In this document: one piece after another, positions 39,301 to 47,530 of the stretch | Numbering within the stretch: the first letter of the stretch is position 1 | How the letters are laid out: each line of letters opens with the position of its first letter | Assembly: GCA_040767085.1 (NCBI GenBank) | Contig: JAXGPF010000010.1 | Location: 98,885-162,884 of the forward strand | Length of the DNA: 64,000 nucleotides | Reading direction: 5' to 3' | Origin: Kiritimatiellia bacterium | GTDB lineage: Bacteria > Verrucomicrobiota > Kiritimatiellia > JAAZAB01 | Made by a program: the position numbers and the translations under genes | The notes under the pieces: model-generated | Seen by the model: only the letters and a program-made list of their open reading frames with translations | Told to the model about the DNA's origin: nothing | Database searches by the model: none

Positions 39301-41143
39301 GGATCCGCGGTTGCGCGCGCTTGCGGAAGGCACTTTCGACGCGTTTACGGACGGGGCAGGGGAATTGCTGCTGACCAAAAACCGGCCCTACAACAGCAGC
39401 TCTTACAAGACCCAGGTGGATGTCCGCGGGATCATCGAAGGCTGGCGCTTGTTGGGCGATCCCAAATACCGCCGGACGGCCCTGGCGCTGGCGTGGCATT
39501 GGTGGCATCTCAATGTCGGGACTTTCCCGGTCAATTACATGAATCCCATGGGAGTTTGCGGCAATTTCCTGTATGAGGAAACGGGCGACCCGTCCATTCC
39601 GGCCGGACTGGACTATGCCATCCGCCGGGCGGCAACCCTGAAAGCGCCCGTGGGCGCCTCGGCGATCGCATCCTTGTTTGAAAGCCTGCCGTATGCCATG
39701 GATGTGGTGGCGCGTTGCCCGCCGCTGGCTTCCTGGGCGGCCTGCAATGATTACGGTTCGCCCGTCAGCATAGCCGTCAACAAGGGCAACAACGGCGTGG
39801 TGGACCTGACCATCCTCAATCCCCCGACGGAATTGGGCCGGCAATTCGGCTTGCGGGGCATTGGGATCGTTGATCCATGGGGGCAGGATTTGCACCGGGT
39901 GCTCGAACGCAGCAGCGGCGCCGCTGCGGCGCGGATTCCCAAAGACGCTCCGGGCGGATGTTACGAGATCGTCCCGTCGGAGTCAGGGGAACATTTTGTG
40001 CTGGCCGGCGGCCCGACGCCCATGGTGCTGCATGCCACGAATTACTGGTCCTTGCCGGAGCTGGCGCCGGCCGGGCGGGTGTATTTCAAGGTGACGGAGG
40101 ACAGCGCCGAGGCCCGGATTTTCTTTGAAGGCCGGGCCAGGCTGTTTGATCCGCAAGGCCAGGCGTTTGGAGCCGCCGACGGCGTTCAAGGCTGGATTGA
40201 CCTGCCGGCGGACAAGCCTGGGTTATGGAGTTTCGAGCCGCTGGAAAACCGGCTGGTACGCGGACAGAATTTTCCGCCATTTTACGCCTTCGGAAGGCCG
40301 GAGAATTATTTCATGCCGCCGATCGCGTGGGAACGCGCGGCGCGGGTGGAGGCGTTGCCGGCCGCCGGCCCGGCAGCCGATGCGGTGTTTGTTCCCGGCG
40401 CCATCCCGGAATCCGGCAACCAGGCGTTATCACTGGCCGGCCGGCGCTCTTTTGAAGTGGCGGCCGGGCCGGCGCATCCCTCCGGGGATGGCGGGCAATA
40501 TTTGCCCTATCGTTCCGGCACAATCGAGTTTTTCCTGCGGCCATACTGGGCGACCTTCGACCTGGGCACGGGCAATGTCCAGCGCAGCTTTGTCCGCATC
40601 CTGAACGACAAGTCTCCCTGGGTGCTTTTGTATCGGTTGGATCCGGAAGGAGTATTGGAAAACCTTGCGCCCAAGGACCCGTCGCATGCGCTCTATGGCC
40701 GGATCATGCTCGATACGTCCCCGCAGCCGGCTAATTTGCGGGTGTGGCGGACCCAGGCGATTTTCGAACGCGGCGAATGGACGCATGTCGCCTGGTCGTG
40801 GGGGCCGGAGATTAATTACGGGCCGCACCGCGAAAAGCTTAACCTGATGACCATGCGGATCTTCGTCAACGGCCGCGGCCGGAAGATGGTGATCTTCCGC
40901 ACCGCCGCGGATGCGCTGGCGCTGGGAGTGCCGCATACCCTCGTGCTGGACCCGTTGCAGGGCGCGGTGGACGAGTTGCGCATTTCGGACATGCAACGCT
41001 ACCGGGAGGATTTTGTGCCGCCGGCGCGCGAACGCGCGTTTGCCATGGATGAACATACCCGGGCGCTGTTTCACTTCGACGGCAACCTGGAAGTGCAAAG
41101 TCATGGCGCCGCCGCGCCGGCCGCAGGCAGTCTCAAGCCTTGA
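36392..41143 (+). CDS. Large secreted glycan-active protein (N-terminal CBM9-like, central lyase/GH-like, C-terminal LamG-like)
   Basis: Signal peptide; APRIDGAPDDPCW; GVPFPRGAL...W..GSVQW (PcRGLX-type N-domain); GTIEFF...WTHVAWSW...DELRISD...LFHFDG. Confidence 0.7.
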   Translation: MKLLHYAVCGLALLARPGFAGAEEAAGSLRFDFNPAHVVRPQKDAGPQLFTLAIEKCPAAPRIDGAPDDPCWAAAAELTDFGIPEPPTRARICYDDRALYCFVRCEAQKGRAPRGEPRARDAGMRQDDNIHIVVSPGVGADKEHFFRINPAGSIYDARMGDESWNPEWAQAVQRDSSGWQAEVAIPFAALGLGAPPPSLGFNIGRSGPDLMMRAWYITLHSSAAGSALILKGAGPDTAADAAGAQAVQTSADLTAEGAGLAVVLPRSFARPQDRWIDAVLQLAPGGALKDTRLTASLFALGGREPLATASIVPEHDCGLFSVDLRRHNLADAEVKLEYTIGERRLGLAKMFLTAQAAEILPAGRKIPVQLDLPAGLEPVEGWPVVLGVPFPRGALWDAGKLRLVDDAGAEIPCQKEIVSRWAREGSVQWVRFDALVNSGQGCWVETSASGKVPAQPVSVREAAGQWIIETGAAKYVLARGASPVAEIWSDGRKIAASAGTRGLFVIDQNGQVASAAAEGETVAVEAAGPAAACVRFEGFYRTVDGVNLARHITRVEAFAGQPFARVTHTLVLSEDTRKVWFREAGWEFAVAPGADPRAVFNIDREDSSRVAEQRLAGAASAYMLQGEHERYGAGTNRFVVAAGNQILAEGAECGDWAMLAGEAGGLLAACKEAARQHPKEFEMHADRLAVKLFSSRAGEELEFAPAKLAQKWNLQGDIAAAVNAVETDAAGWSKTHELMLAPLPPTGAVDRAALLARLHSQPVFALVDPEWIHQSGAMGPLHPRDTRRFPAAEKAIEYVFGIWSRFGHEPGHYGFVDYFAGPTYNGSSGPCSAQRYRFTYGLRSSIWLVYARSGDRAARIFAEGSNKAYLDNYLAHWDVPGKVRGIFTASGGKPFAQLPFYWGKGSSFNISSSTDLNQFLWLYYLTGYRRAKDAVAEFGEGLKRGWQPGRRDWRPLMVFRTLTQCYGFTWDPRLRALAEGTFDAFTDGAGELLLTKNRPYNSSSYKTQVDVRGIIEGWRLLGDPKYRRTALALAWHWWHLNVGTFPVNYMNPMGVCGNFLYEETGDPSIPAGLDYAIRRAATLKAPVGASAIASLFESLPYAMDVVARCPPLASWAACNDYGSPVSIAVNKGNNGVVDLTILNPPTELGRQFGLRGIGIVDPWGQDLHRVLERSSGAAAARIPKDAPGGCYEIVPSESGEHFVLAGGPTPMVLHATNYWSLPELAPAGRVYFKVTEDSAEARIFFEGRARLFDPQGQAFGAADGVQGWIDLPADKPGLWSFEPLENRLVRGQNFPPFYAFGRPENYFMPPIAWERAARVEALPAAGPAADAVFVPGAIPESGNQALSLAGRRSFEVAAGPAHPSGDGGQYLPYRSGTIEFFLRPYWATFDLGTGNVQRSFVRILNDKSPWVLLYRLDPEGVLENLAPKDPSHALYGRIMLDTSPQPANLRVWRTQAIFERGEWTHVAWSWGPEINYGPHREKLNLMTMRIFVNGRGRKMVIFRTAADALALGVPHTLVLDPLQGAVDELRISDMQRYREDFVPPARERAFAMDEHTRALFHFDGNLEVQSHGAAAPAAGSLKP

Positions 41144-41382
41144 AATGAGAAAAAACTATCCCAACAGGGAAAATCATATTGGCATCGGGAATTTTATTCA
41201 AACGGCTGCAAGGCCTCGGCATCAAACAGCAAAATAAGTATTAATGGCTGGCGCTGATCTGGATGGCCTTGCATGGGCTTTGGAAGGCGCATGAATGCTT
41301 TGCCGCGCAAGGCGCGGAGTTGCGCGGCGCATGCTTGGCGCGCAGGTATTGGGTGGTTGAGCGGCCAAAAGCTTCGCTTTTT

Positions 41383-42195
41383 TTATCCGGACTTCTGGCG
41401 CCGGTATTCCGACGGGGGCATGCCTGCAATGCGCCGAATCAGCCGCGCAAAATAATTTGAGTCCGCAAATCCGCATTGGTGCGCGACGTCGCCCACCGGC
41501 AGCCGGCTGTGTTGGAGCAACGCCAAGGCATTTTGTACGCGCAACCGCTCCAGATACACGGATGGCGGCAATCCTGTCCCGGCTTGGAACCTTGTGGACA
41601 ATGTCGCGCGCGGCACCGCCAGCAGGGCGGCCAGTGTTTTGACGTTCAATCCCGGGTCGCCGCATTTTTGGTGAATGAATGCCCGCGCTTTCTTGACCAT
41701 GGCGTCACCCGGCGGCTCGTGCCGCCAGGACGCGCGCAGCAGGATGGCAAACGCGGTTTGGCAGCTTTGCGATTCGGTCTGCAGCGCGGGCAGCGGAACC
41801 GTGCGGCGCAATTTCCGGAACAGCGTCACGGGCGCCGGCCCCGCGTCAAAAATCGTCGCCTCCAATCGCATGGCGGCCGTGATGACCACCGCCAGCGGGC
41901 CATCCAAGGTCAGCCAGTAAAACGCCCAATCCGGTCCCATGGTATGGAAAAAATGGCGCATGCCCGGCAGCAATATCGCAATCTGATGACGTTGCAACAC
42001 ATGATCACGTCCGTGAAGATGCAGCCATCCAGCGCCCCGCATGCACCAGAAGATCTGAAGCGAAGGCATTGTCTTGTCAACGCTCGCGTACGGATGCGCA
42101 CAACACATGCAGCCGGTGCTGCGCACGCCAAAAGGCAAATGCGCCGCCGGCCGGCGGTCAGGCCGGCGAGTGTAGTAATATTCCATCAAATGCAT
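41383..42195 (-). CDS. AraC family transcriptional regulator
   Basis: Cupin N-domain; C-terminal VAHQCGFADSNYFARLIRRIAGMPPSEYR. Confidence 0.9.
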   Translation of the reverse strand: MHLMEYYYTRRPDRRPAAHLPFGVRSTGCMCCAHPYASVDKTMPSLQIFWCMRGAGWLHLHGRDHVLQRHQIAILLPGMRHFFHTMGPDWAFYWLTLDGPLAVVITAAMRLEATIFDAGPAPVTLFRKLRRTVPLPALQTESQSCQTAFAILLRASWRHEPPGDAMVKKARAFIHQKCGDPGLNVKTLAALLAVPRATLSTRFQAGTGLPPSVYLERLRVQNALALLQHSRLPVGDVAHQCGFADSNYFARLIRRIAGMPPSEYRRQKSG

Positions 42196-42341
42196 GGATT
42201 TGCATTATAAGAATCCATGGCCTTTATACAAGGATAAAACAATCCTTGAAAAGTTGTGTTCGTAACAAGTCAAGTGTCCGCTTTTTGTAACAAGTGATCT
42301 GTCCGATTTGTTATTGTGTGTTGTTGCTCCTGGGGTGAGGA

Positions 42342-42367
42342 TTTTCCTCCCCCGCGGGGGAGGAAAA
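42342..42367. terminator. Perfect 26-bp palindrome downstream of the transposase (terminator-like)
   Basis: TTTTCCTCCCCCGCGGGGGAGGAAAA. Confidence 0.6.
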
Positions 42368-42370
42368 AGT

Positions 42371-43555
42371 TTATGCGACGTCCTCCAGCGACGCCGAAAT
42401 GTTCAACGGTCCTTGGTAGCGGCCAACCACATGCGGGCCATAACGGATGGACACCGTGCCATCGAGGTGCTCGCAGACTTTAACCCGGCACTTGGCGAAG
42501 CTGAAACGCCATTTTGATGGTCCAATCTGCAAGCGGCGACTCCCGACAGCCACGGTATTGTCATTTTGAACCTCTCGCGCATGCTGCACACAGAAAATGC
42601 TGTCCAAATCCTGCTCACCGCAAGGCACGAAACACGTTCCTGTTTCCCGCGCCTTCACCTTCATGTTGCGATTGAAGGAAGGCAGAAACTGTTGTTGAAT
42701 ATAGACGTTGGCCTCGGCCATCGTCCGGATTCCCGCCTGCCTTAATTCCTGCGGCAGGCGCCCTTGCCAGGTCTTAAACATCCGCTCTATTCGCCCACGT
42801 CCCTGGGGGCTATAGCTCGGAATATGTTCGATCCCCAACTGTTGCAACGCCCGTCCAATTTGCGTCAATTGACGCCGGTCCACCGCCCCGCCTTCTTTGG
42901 GCGTATAAAAGAAATGACTGCCACGATCCGTGTACAGACTGCAGAAAACCCCATGTTTAATAATGACTTCTTTCAACCCCTTCATCACCGTTAATGTCCC
43001 TTCCTGGGGCACAAGATAGGCCGTGTAGACTTCGCTGGTGGCATCGTCCATCACCAGGATCAGATCCTGCTTCTGGCCCGCCAGCAGGGGCAACCAGGCA
43101 TGGGTGCTGCCATCCACCATCAACATCATCCCCGCCATTGGTCGCCGTTCCCGCTGCTGCCGATGCGGCCCTCGTTTCCGGGCCTTCGCCACCAACCCGG
43201 CCGTCTGCAAGGCGCTCTTGACCCACTGATAACTGAGCTCGATCCCATGCTCCGCCTGCAGCTTCTCGTGAAAATGCCTCACATTGAAATCCATGTATTC
43301 TTCTCGGTACAACCTCAGCACCTGCTTCACCGTCGCAAGGGGCACGCGCCGCGGCCCCGGTATCTTCCGCCGACGATCCAGCAGCCCGTCGTAACCATAC
43401 CGCTCGTAGCGCCCTTTCCAGCGCCGCATGGTCCGGTAGCTCACACCTAGTATCTCCGCCGCCTCCCACCACATTAACCGCCCTTCAATCGCACGCAAGA
43501 TCACTTCCTGTACCTTCATTGCCCGCTCCAGTGCTGCCTTCGGATATTCATCCAT
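42371..43555 (-). CDS. DDE transposase (ISNCY/IS1202 type, rve integrase core)
   Basis: HTH N-terminus; MVDGSTHAW, MDDATS, LYTDRGSHF, GRIERMFKTWQGRL. Confidence 0.93.
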   Translation of the reverse strand: MDEYPKAALERAMKVQEVILRAIEGRLMWWEAAEILGVSYRTMRRWKGRYERYGYDGLLDRRRKIPGPRRVPLATVKQVLRLYREEYMDFNVRHFHEKLQAEHGIELSYQWVKSALQTAGLVAKARKRGPHRQQRERRPMAGMMLMVDGSTHAWLPLLAGQKQDLILVMDDATSEVYTAYLVPQEGTLTVMKGLKEVIIKHGVFCSLYTDRGSHFFYTPKEGGAVDRRQLTQIGRALQQLGIEHIPSYSPQGRGRIERMFKTWQGRLPQELRQAGIRTMAEANVYIQQQFLPSFNRNMKVKARETGTCFVPCGEQDLDSIFCVQHAREVQNDNTVAVGSRRLQIGPSKWRFSFAKCRVKVCEHLDGTVSIRYGPHVVGRYQGPLNISASLEDVA

Positions 43556-43646
43556 ATAACCCCCCTTTGAATGCACCATCCTGACAGCTTTAAGCGGACA
43601 AATCATTTGTTAATTATGCGGCCAAGTCATTTGTTTACGACAGTTG

Positions 43647-43711
43647 TTGACACATGTTTGGCTTTGAGCTAATTATATTGTTATGCAATAGTTATATTGT
43701 ATTGCAATATA
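43647..43711 (+). promoter_or_regulatory. iclR promoter region with two tandem palindromic operator-like boxes
   Basis: TTGACA at 43647; TTATATTGTWWTGCAATA at 43673-43690 and 43692-43709. Confidence 0.55.
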
Positions 43712-43722
43712 TACGGAGGGGT

Positions 43723-44586
43723 ATGAAGCTGCGCACCAATCGGATCAACTGCCTGGACCGGGCGCTGGATGTGCTGGAAGAGTTTGCGCGCGCCGAGGAA
43801 CTGGGTGTCAGCGAATTGGCCCGCAAGTTGAATACGCATGTCGCAACCATTTTCAATATCGTCAAAACGCTGGCCTTGCGCCGTTACTTGATCAATGTTG
43901 ATGGCCGCTACCGGCTGGGGCCGGCGGCGGAACAATTGGCGGCCGCCATGCATGCCGCCCTGCCGTTGCCGCAGTTGCTGGATCCGATTGTCGGCGAACT
44001 CAGCCGGGCCACGGGCGAAAATGCCTTTGCCGCGATTTTGCATGGGGATCAGGCAAAATTGCTGGTTTCGCATCACGGCAGCCGCGATGTGACCGCCAAC
44101 AGCTTCCGCGCCGACTGGCCATCGCCCCTGGATCTGGCCACGGGGCGGGTCCTGGTGGCGTTTGGACCGGAAAGTCTCTGGAAAAGGTTTGTGGACGAAT
44201 GGCAGCGCAGGAAAACTTTACGGAATGCCGCCGCGCCCATGGCGTTGAACGCCTGGCGCACGGAATTTCAGGCCATCCGCGCCCGTGGCATGGCGGAAAT
44301 CCTGAATAAAGACCGGGAATCAGTTTCGGCTTTGGCGGCGCCGGTATTCGCCGCGTCCGGCCGCATTGCGGCTGCCATCGGCGTATCATTTCCGAGCCTG
44401 CGACTTACCAGGAAATATGCCGATTCATTGCGGAATGAAATCAGGCTTGCCGCGGCGTCCGCCACGCAAATCTGCGGCGGCAATATGGCCGGCGCCGGCG
44501 CGGCGCCGGAAAAACAGTTCGGGCATTCAGGGAAGGGCAGCGCGCGAGGCCCAGCGGCTGAGGAGAAGGGAAAAGCAATGAGATGA
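43723..44586 (+). CDS. IclR family transcriptional regulator
   Basis: LDRALDVLE...GVSELAR...YRLG; ATGRVLVAF; LAAPVF...AAIGVS. Confidence 0.9.
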   Translation: MKLRTNRINCLDRALDVLEEFARAEELGVSELARKLNTHVATIFNIVKTLALRRYLINVDGRYRLGPAAEQLAAAMHAALPLPQLLDPIVGELSRATGENAFAAILHGDQAKLLVSHHGSRDVTANSFRADWPSPLDLATGRVLVAFGPESLWKRFVDEWQRRKTLRNAAAPMALNAWRTEFQAIRARGMAEILNKDRESVSALAAPVFAASGRIAAAIGVSFPSLRLTRKYADSLRNEIRLAAASATQICGGNMAGAGAAPEKQFGHSGKGSARGPAAEEKGKAMR

Positions 44587-47468
44587 GTTCGGCTGTCAAA
44601 ATATATCAGGAATCCCTGCCGCTGAAAACATACCAGGTCGGTCCCGCCGATCGGGAGCCGCCGTTGATCCGCGAATTTACCCCGCGCAACCAGCCGATTT
44701 ACCCATATTCCACCCAGGAATTGCTGACTTCCGCCAATTCCGTGCGCCATTACACGGCCATCATCCTGGAGAACGATTATCTGAAACTGACGGTGTTGCC
44801 GGAATTGAATGGCCGTCTGTATTCCGCGTTCGACAAGATTCATCAGAAGGAACTGTTTTACGCCAACCGGGTCATCCGTCCGGGTTTGTTCGGCTTGCGC
44901 GGCGCCTGGCCGGCGGTGGGCGTGGAATTCAACTTCCCCAACAGCCATACCGTGACCACCATGGCGCCGGTGCATTGTCATACCCGGCAGCATCCCGATG
45001 GAGCGGCTGAGATCGTGGTGGGCGACCTTGAATGCGTCAGCCGGATGAGCTGGCAGGCGGCCATCAAGCTCCAGCCGGATTCCAGCGCGATTGCCATGCG
45101 CTCTTGTTTGTTCAATCCGACCGATTATCCGCGGCGCTATTATTACTGGATCAATGCCGCCTGCCCGGTGTACCCGGAAACGGAATTCATTTACCCTCCC
45201 GCCACCCGGCGGCTGCTGACGCATCCGCCGATGGATGCTTCCCGCCTTGGCTATCTGAACTGGCCGGCGCACCATGGCGTTGATGTGCGTTATTTCAAAA
45301 ATATCCGGCAGCATCTGCCGGTGTTCGCGGAGCACATGCCGGAGGATTTTTACGGCATCTACCACCATCACCTGGATTATGGATTAGTGCATCTGGCTGA
45401 TCGCAACCTGGTGCGGGGGCGGAAATTATGGATGTTCGGCACGGCGCGCGACGGCCGGATTTTCATCGAACAACTATCCGACGATGGAACGGATTATTGC
45501 GAGTTGCAGACCGGGCCGTTTTCCCTCCAGTCGGATTACCGTTTGTTGCCCCCGGGCGGCCGTTATGTCCAGAATGATCTATGGCTGCCGGTTGCCAAAA
45601 CCGGCGGGTTCAATTGCGCCTGCCGCCAATTTGCCGCCCGGATCGGTTCCGGCGCCGATGCCGCCATCCGGGTTTGCGCGGCCGAACCATTGCATGGCTT
45701 GGAAATTTGGGCCGGGCGCCGTCAGGTCGGGCGCATTGAGGCCGCGCCGGGTGAAACTTGCGTTTTGGCAGGCAATTATGCCGCGGAGGAACTGACTTTC
45801 CGAGCGTCCGGCGGCGAAGTCGTCGCGGTTTACCGGCCAGCGCCGCCGCGGGTCAATGCGCGCACTATTCCCGCGCCGGCCGCCCGGCCGGTCCGATGCG
45901 GTTGTCTGCTGGGCAAATACCTTGAGGAACAGGACTATCCGGCGCAGGCGGAGGCCGTCTATCTGGAGCATGCCCGGAAGGAACGGGGGGCAATGCTGGC
46001 GGCAGCCCGCCTGGCCATGCGCCGGGGATTATGGGAGTTGGCCCGGGAACGTCTGGCCGCATTGCTCGTCGAAGACAGCCGCCATGCCGAGGCGTTGATA
46101 TATTCCGGCATCCTGTATCTGCGCGAGCAGGATTATGCGTCGGCCGAGCGGCAATTTTCCATTGCGGCGGACGATAATCAGTATCGCGCGCGGGCATTGG
46201 AACAGCTCGCGCGCGGCGCCGTTATGCAGGGGGAATACCGCCGCGCCCTGGAGATTCTTGATGGCCACGGCGCCCTGGCGGCGCTTTGCCGCCGCAAATT
46301 GAATCTGCCGGCAGAGGCTGCCATGCCGGACGAATTGTCGCCGCTGGCGCTCGGCGAGGAATTCTTTTCGGCCGGCCGTCTTGATTGGCCCGCGCATGCC
46401 GTCATGGAATCGGTTTGCGCATACTTGCAACTGCGCCATTACTCTGACGCCTTGACTCTGCTGGAACAGGCGGTTTCAAAAAAAGCAGCATGTCACTATT
46501 ACGTCATGGCCTGGCTGAAGTCGCAATTACATGAGGATGGCGAATCGGCGGAATGCCTGAAAAAAGCGCGGCAACCGCCATGGGGCGGGGTGTTTCCATA
46601 TGGACGGGAGACCGAAGATGTGCTGCGCTGGGCGTTGCAGCAGGCGCCGGATGACCATGCGGCGCATTATCACCTGGGATGCCTGCTGGCGTCCGATGAC
46701 CGCTGGGACGAAGCCGCGGAATGCTGGCGGAAGGTGCGCCATGGCCGCCATTATGGCGATGCCCAGCGCGGCCTGGGGTTGTATAGATGGAAAATATTGC
46801 GCGATTTGCCGCAGGCTGTCGGGCATTACCAGGCGGCATTGGCAGGGAATGCCTCCGCCAAAACCGTAACGGAAGCGGCGCTTTTGTTGGATGATCTGGG
46901 TGACAGCGCCGCGCAGTTGAAACTATTCGACCGCCGCACCGAACTGATCGAGCGGGATTGCAGGATTAAACTGGCGTATATCCGGGCGTTGTTGGCCAGT
47001 CATCAACCGGAACACGCCGCGCGTCTTCTCGAACAGGGAGAATTCCGGCTGAGCGAAGGCAAGAAAACCGCCCGGGAACTGTATGTACAAACATTCAGAC
47101 AATTGGCGGAGAAGGCGGCAAGCCGGAAAGAGCATGCCGCGGCCGCGGAATTTTACTTGCAGGCCGCCGATTACCCGGAAAATATCGGCATCGGCCGGCC
47201 GGCCGGCAACTGCGACGCCGAAAGTCTATACCTCGCCGGGCAGGCGTATCTCCTGGCTGGCATGGGAAACAAAGCCCGCGCCTGTTTTGAACTGGGCGCC
47301 GCGCGCGGCGGCGCATTGCAAATAGATTTCTTTCCTTTGCGTAATTTGATTTGGGAGGCGCCGGCCGCCGGCGCAATGGATCAAACCAATGAAAAATTCA
47401 TGAATTTGTGCCGGGCTGCGCTGCGCCAGACACCGGCGGAATTGGAGTTGTCCGCGCAGACGAAATAA
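44583..47468 (+). CDS. DUF5107 domain + TPR protein
   Basis: YPY...LENDYLKLTVLPELNGRL...GVEFNFP..H, YYWINAA, GRKLW, ELQTG; TPR C-terminus with YPENIGIGR. Confidence 0.85.
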   Translation: MSSAVKIYQESLPLKTYQVGPADREPPLIREFTPRNQPIYPYSTQELLTSANSVRHYTAIILENDYLKLTVLPELNGRLYSAFDKIHQKELFYANRVIRPGLFGLRGAWPAVGVEFNFPNSHTVTTMAPVHCHTRQHPDGAAEIVVGDLECVSRMSWQAAIKLQPDSSAIAMRSCLFNPTDYPRRYYYWINAACPVYPETEFIYPPATRRLLTHPPMDASRLGYLNWPAHHGVDVRYFKNIRQHLPVFAEHMPEDFYGIYHHHLDYGLVHLADRNLVRGRKLWMFGTARDGRIFIEQLSDDGTDYCELQTGPFSLQSDYRLLPPGGRYVQNDLWLPVAKTGGFNCACRQFAARIGSGADAAIRVCAAEPLHGLEIWAGRRQVGRIEAAPGETCVLAGNYAAEELTFRASGGEVVAVYRPAPPRVNARTIPAPAARPVRCGCLLGKYLEEQDYPAQAEAVYLEHARKERGAMLAAARLAMRRGLWELARERLAALLVEDSRHAEALIYSGILYLREQDYASAERQFSIAADDNQYRARALEQLARGAVMQGEYRRALEILDGHGALAALCRRKLNLPAEAAMPDELSPLALGEEFFSAGRLDWPAHAVMESVCAYLQLRHYSDALTLLEQAVSKKAACHYYVMAWLKSQLHEDGESAECLKKARQPPWGGVFPYGRETEDVLRWALQQAPDDHAAHYHLGCLLASDDRWDEAAECWRKVRHGRHYGDAQRGLGLYRWKILRDLPQAVGHYQAALAGNASAKTVTEAALLLDDLGDSAAQLKLFDRRTELIERDCRIKLAYIRALLASHQPEHAARLLEQGEFRLSEGKKTARELYVQTFRQLAEKAASRKEHAAAAEFYLQAADYPENIGIGRPAGNCDAESLYLAGQAYLLAGMGNKARACFELGAARGGALQIDFFPLRNLIWEAPAAGAMDQTNEKFMNLCRAALRQTPAELELSAQTK

Positions 47469-47530
47469 AGCGAAAGATTTGCCGCACGTTAATTCAGATT
47501 AAAGCAACAAACAAATCGAAAGGATGGGTC

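Larger units (their letters stand above)
42257..43642 (-). mobile_element. Insertion sequence, IS1202/ISNCY-like, about 1.39 kb
   Basis: TGT...ACA ends; doubled subterminal motif TAACAARTsANNTGTCCG at 42263, 42288 and inverted at 43595, 43619; flanking direct repeat GTTG. Confidence 0.85.
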
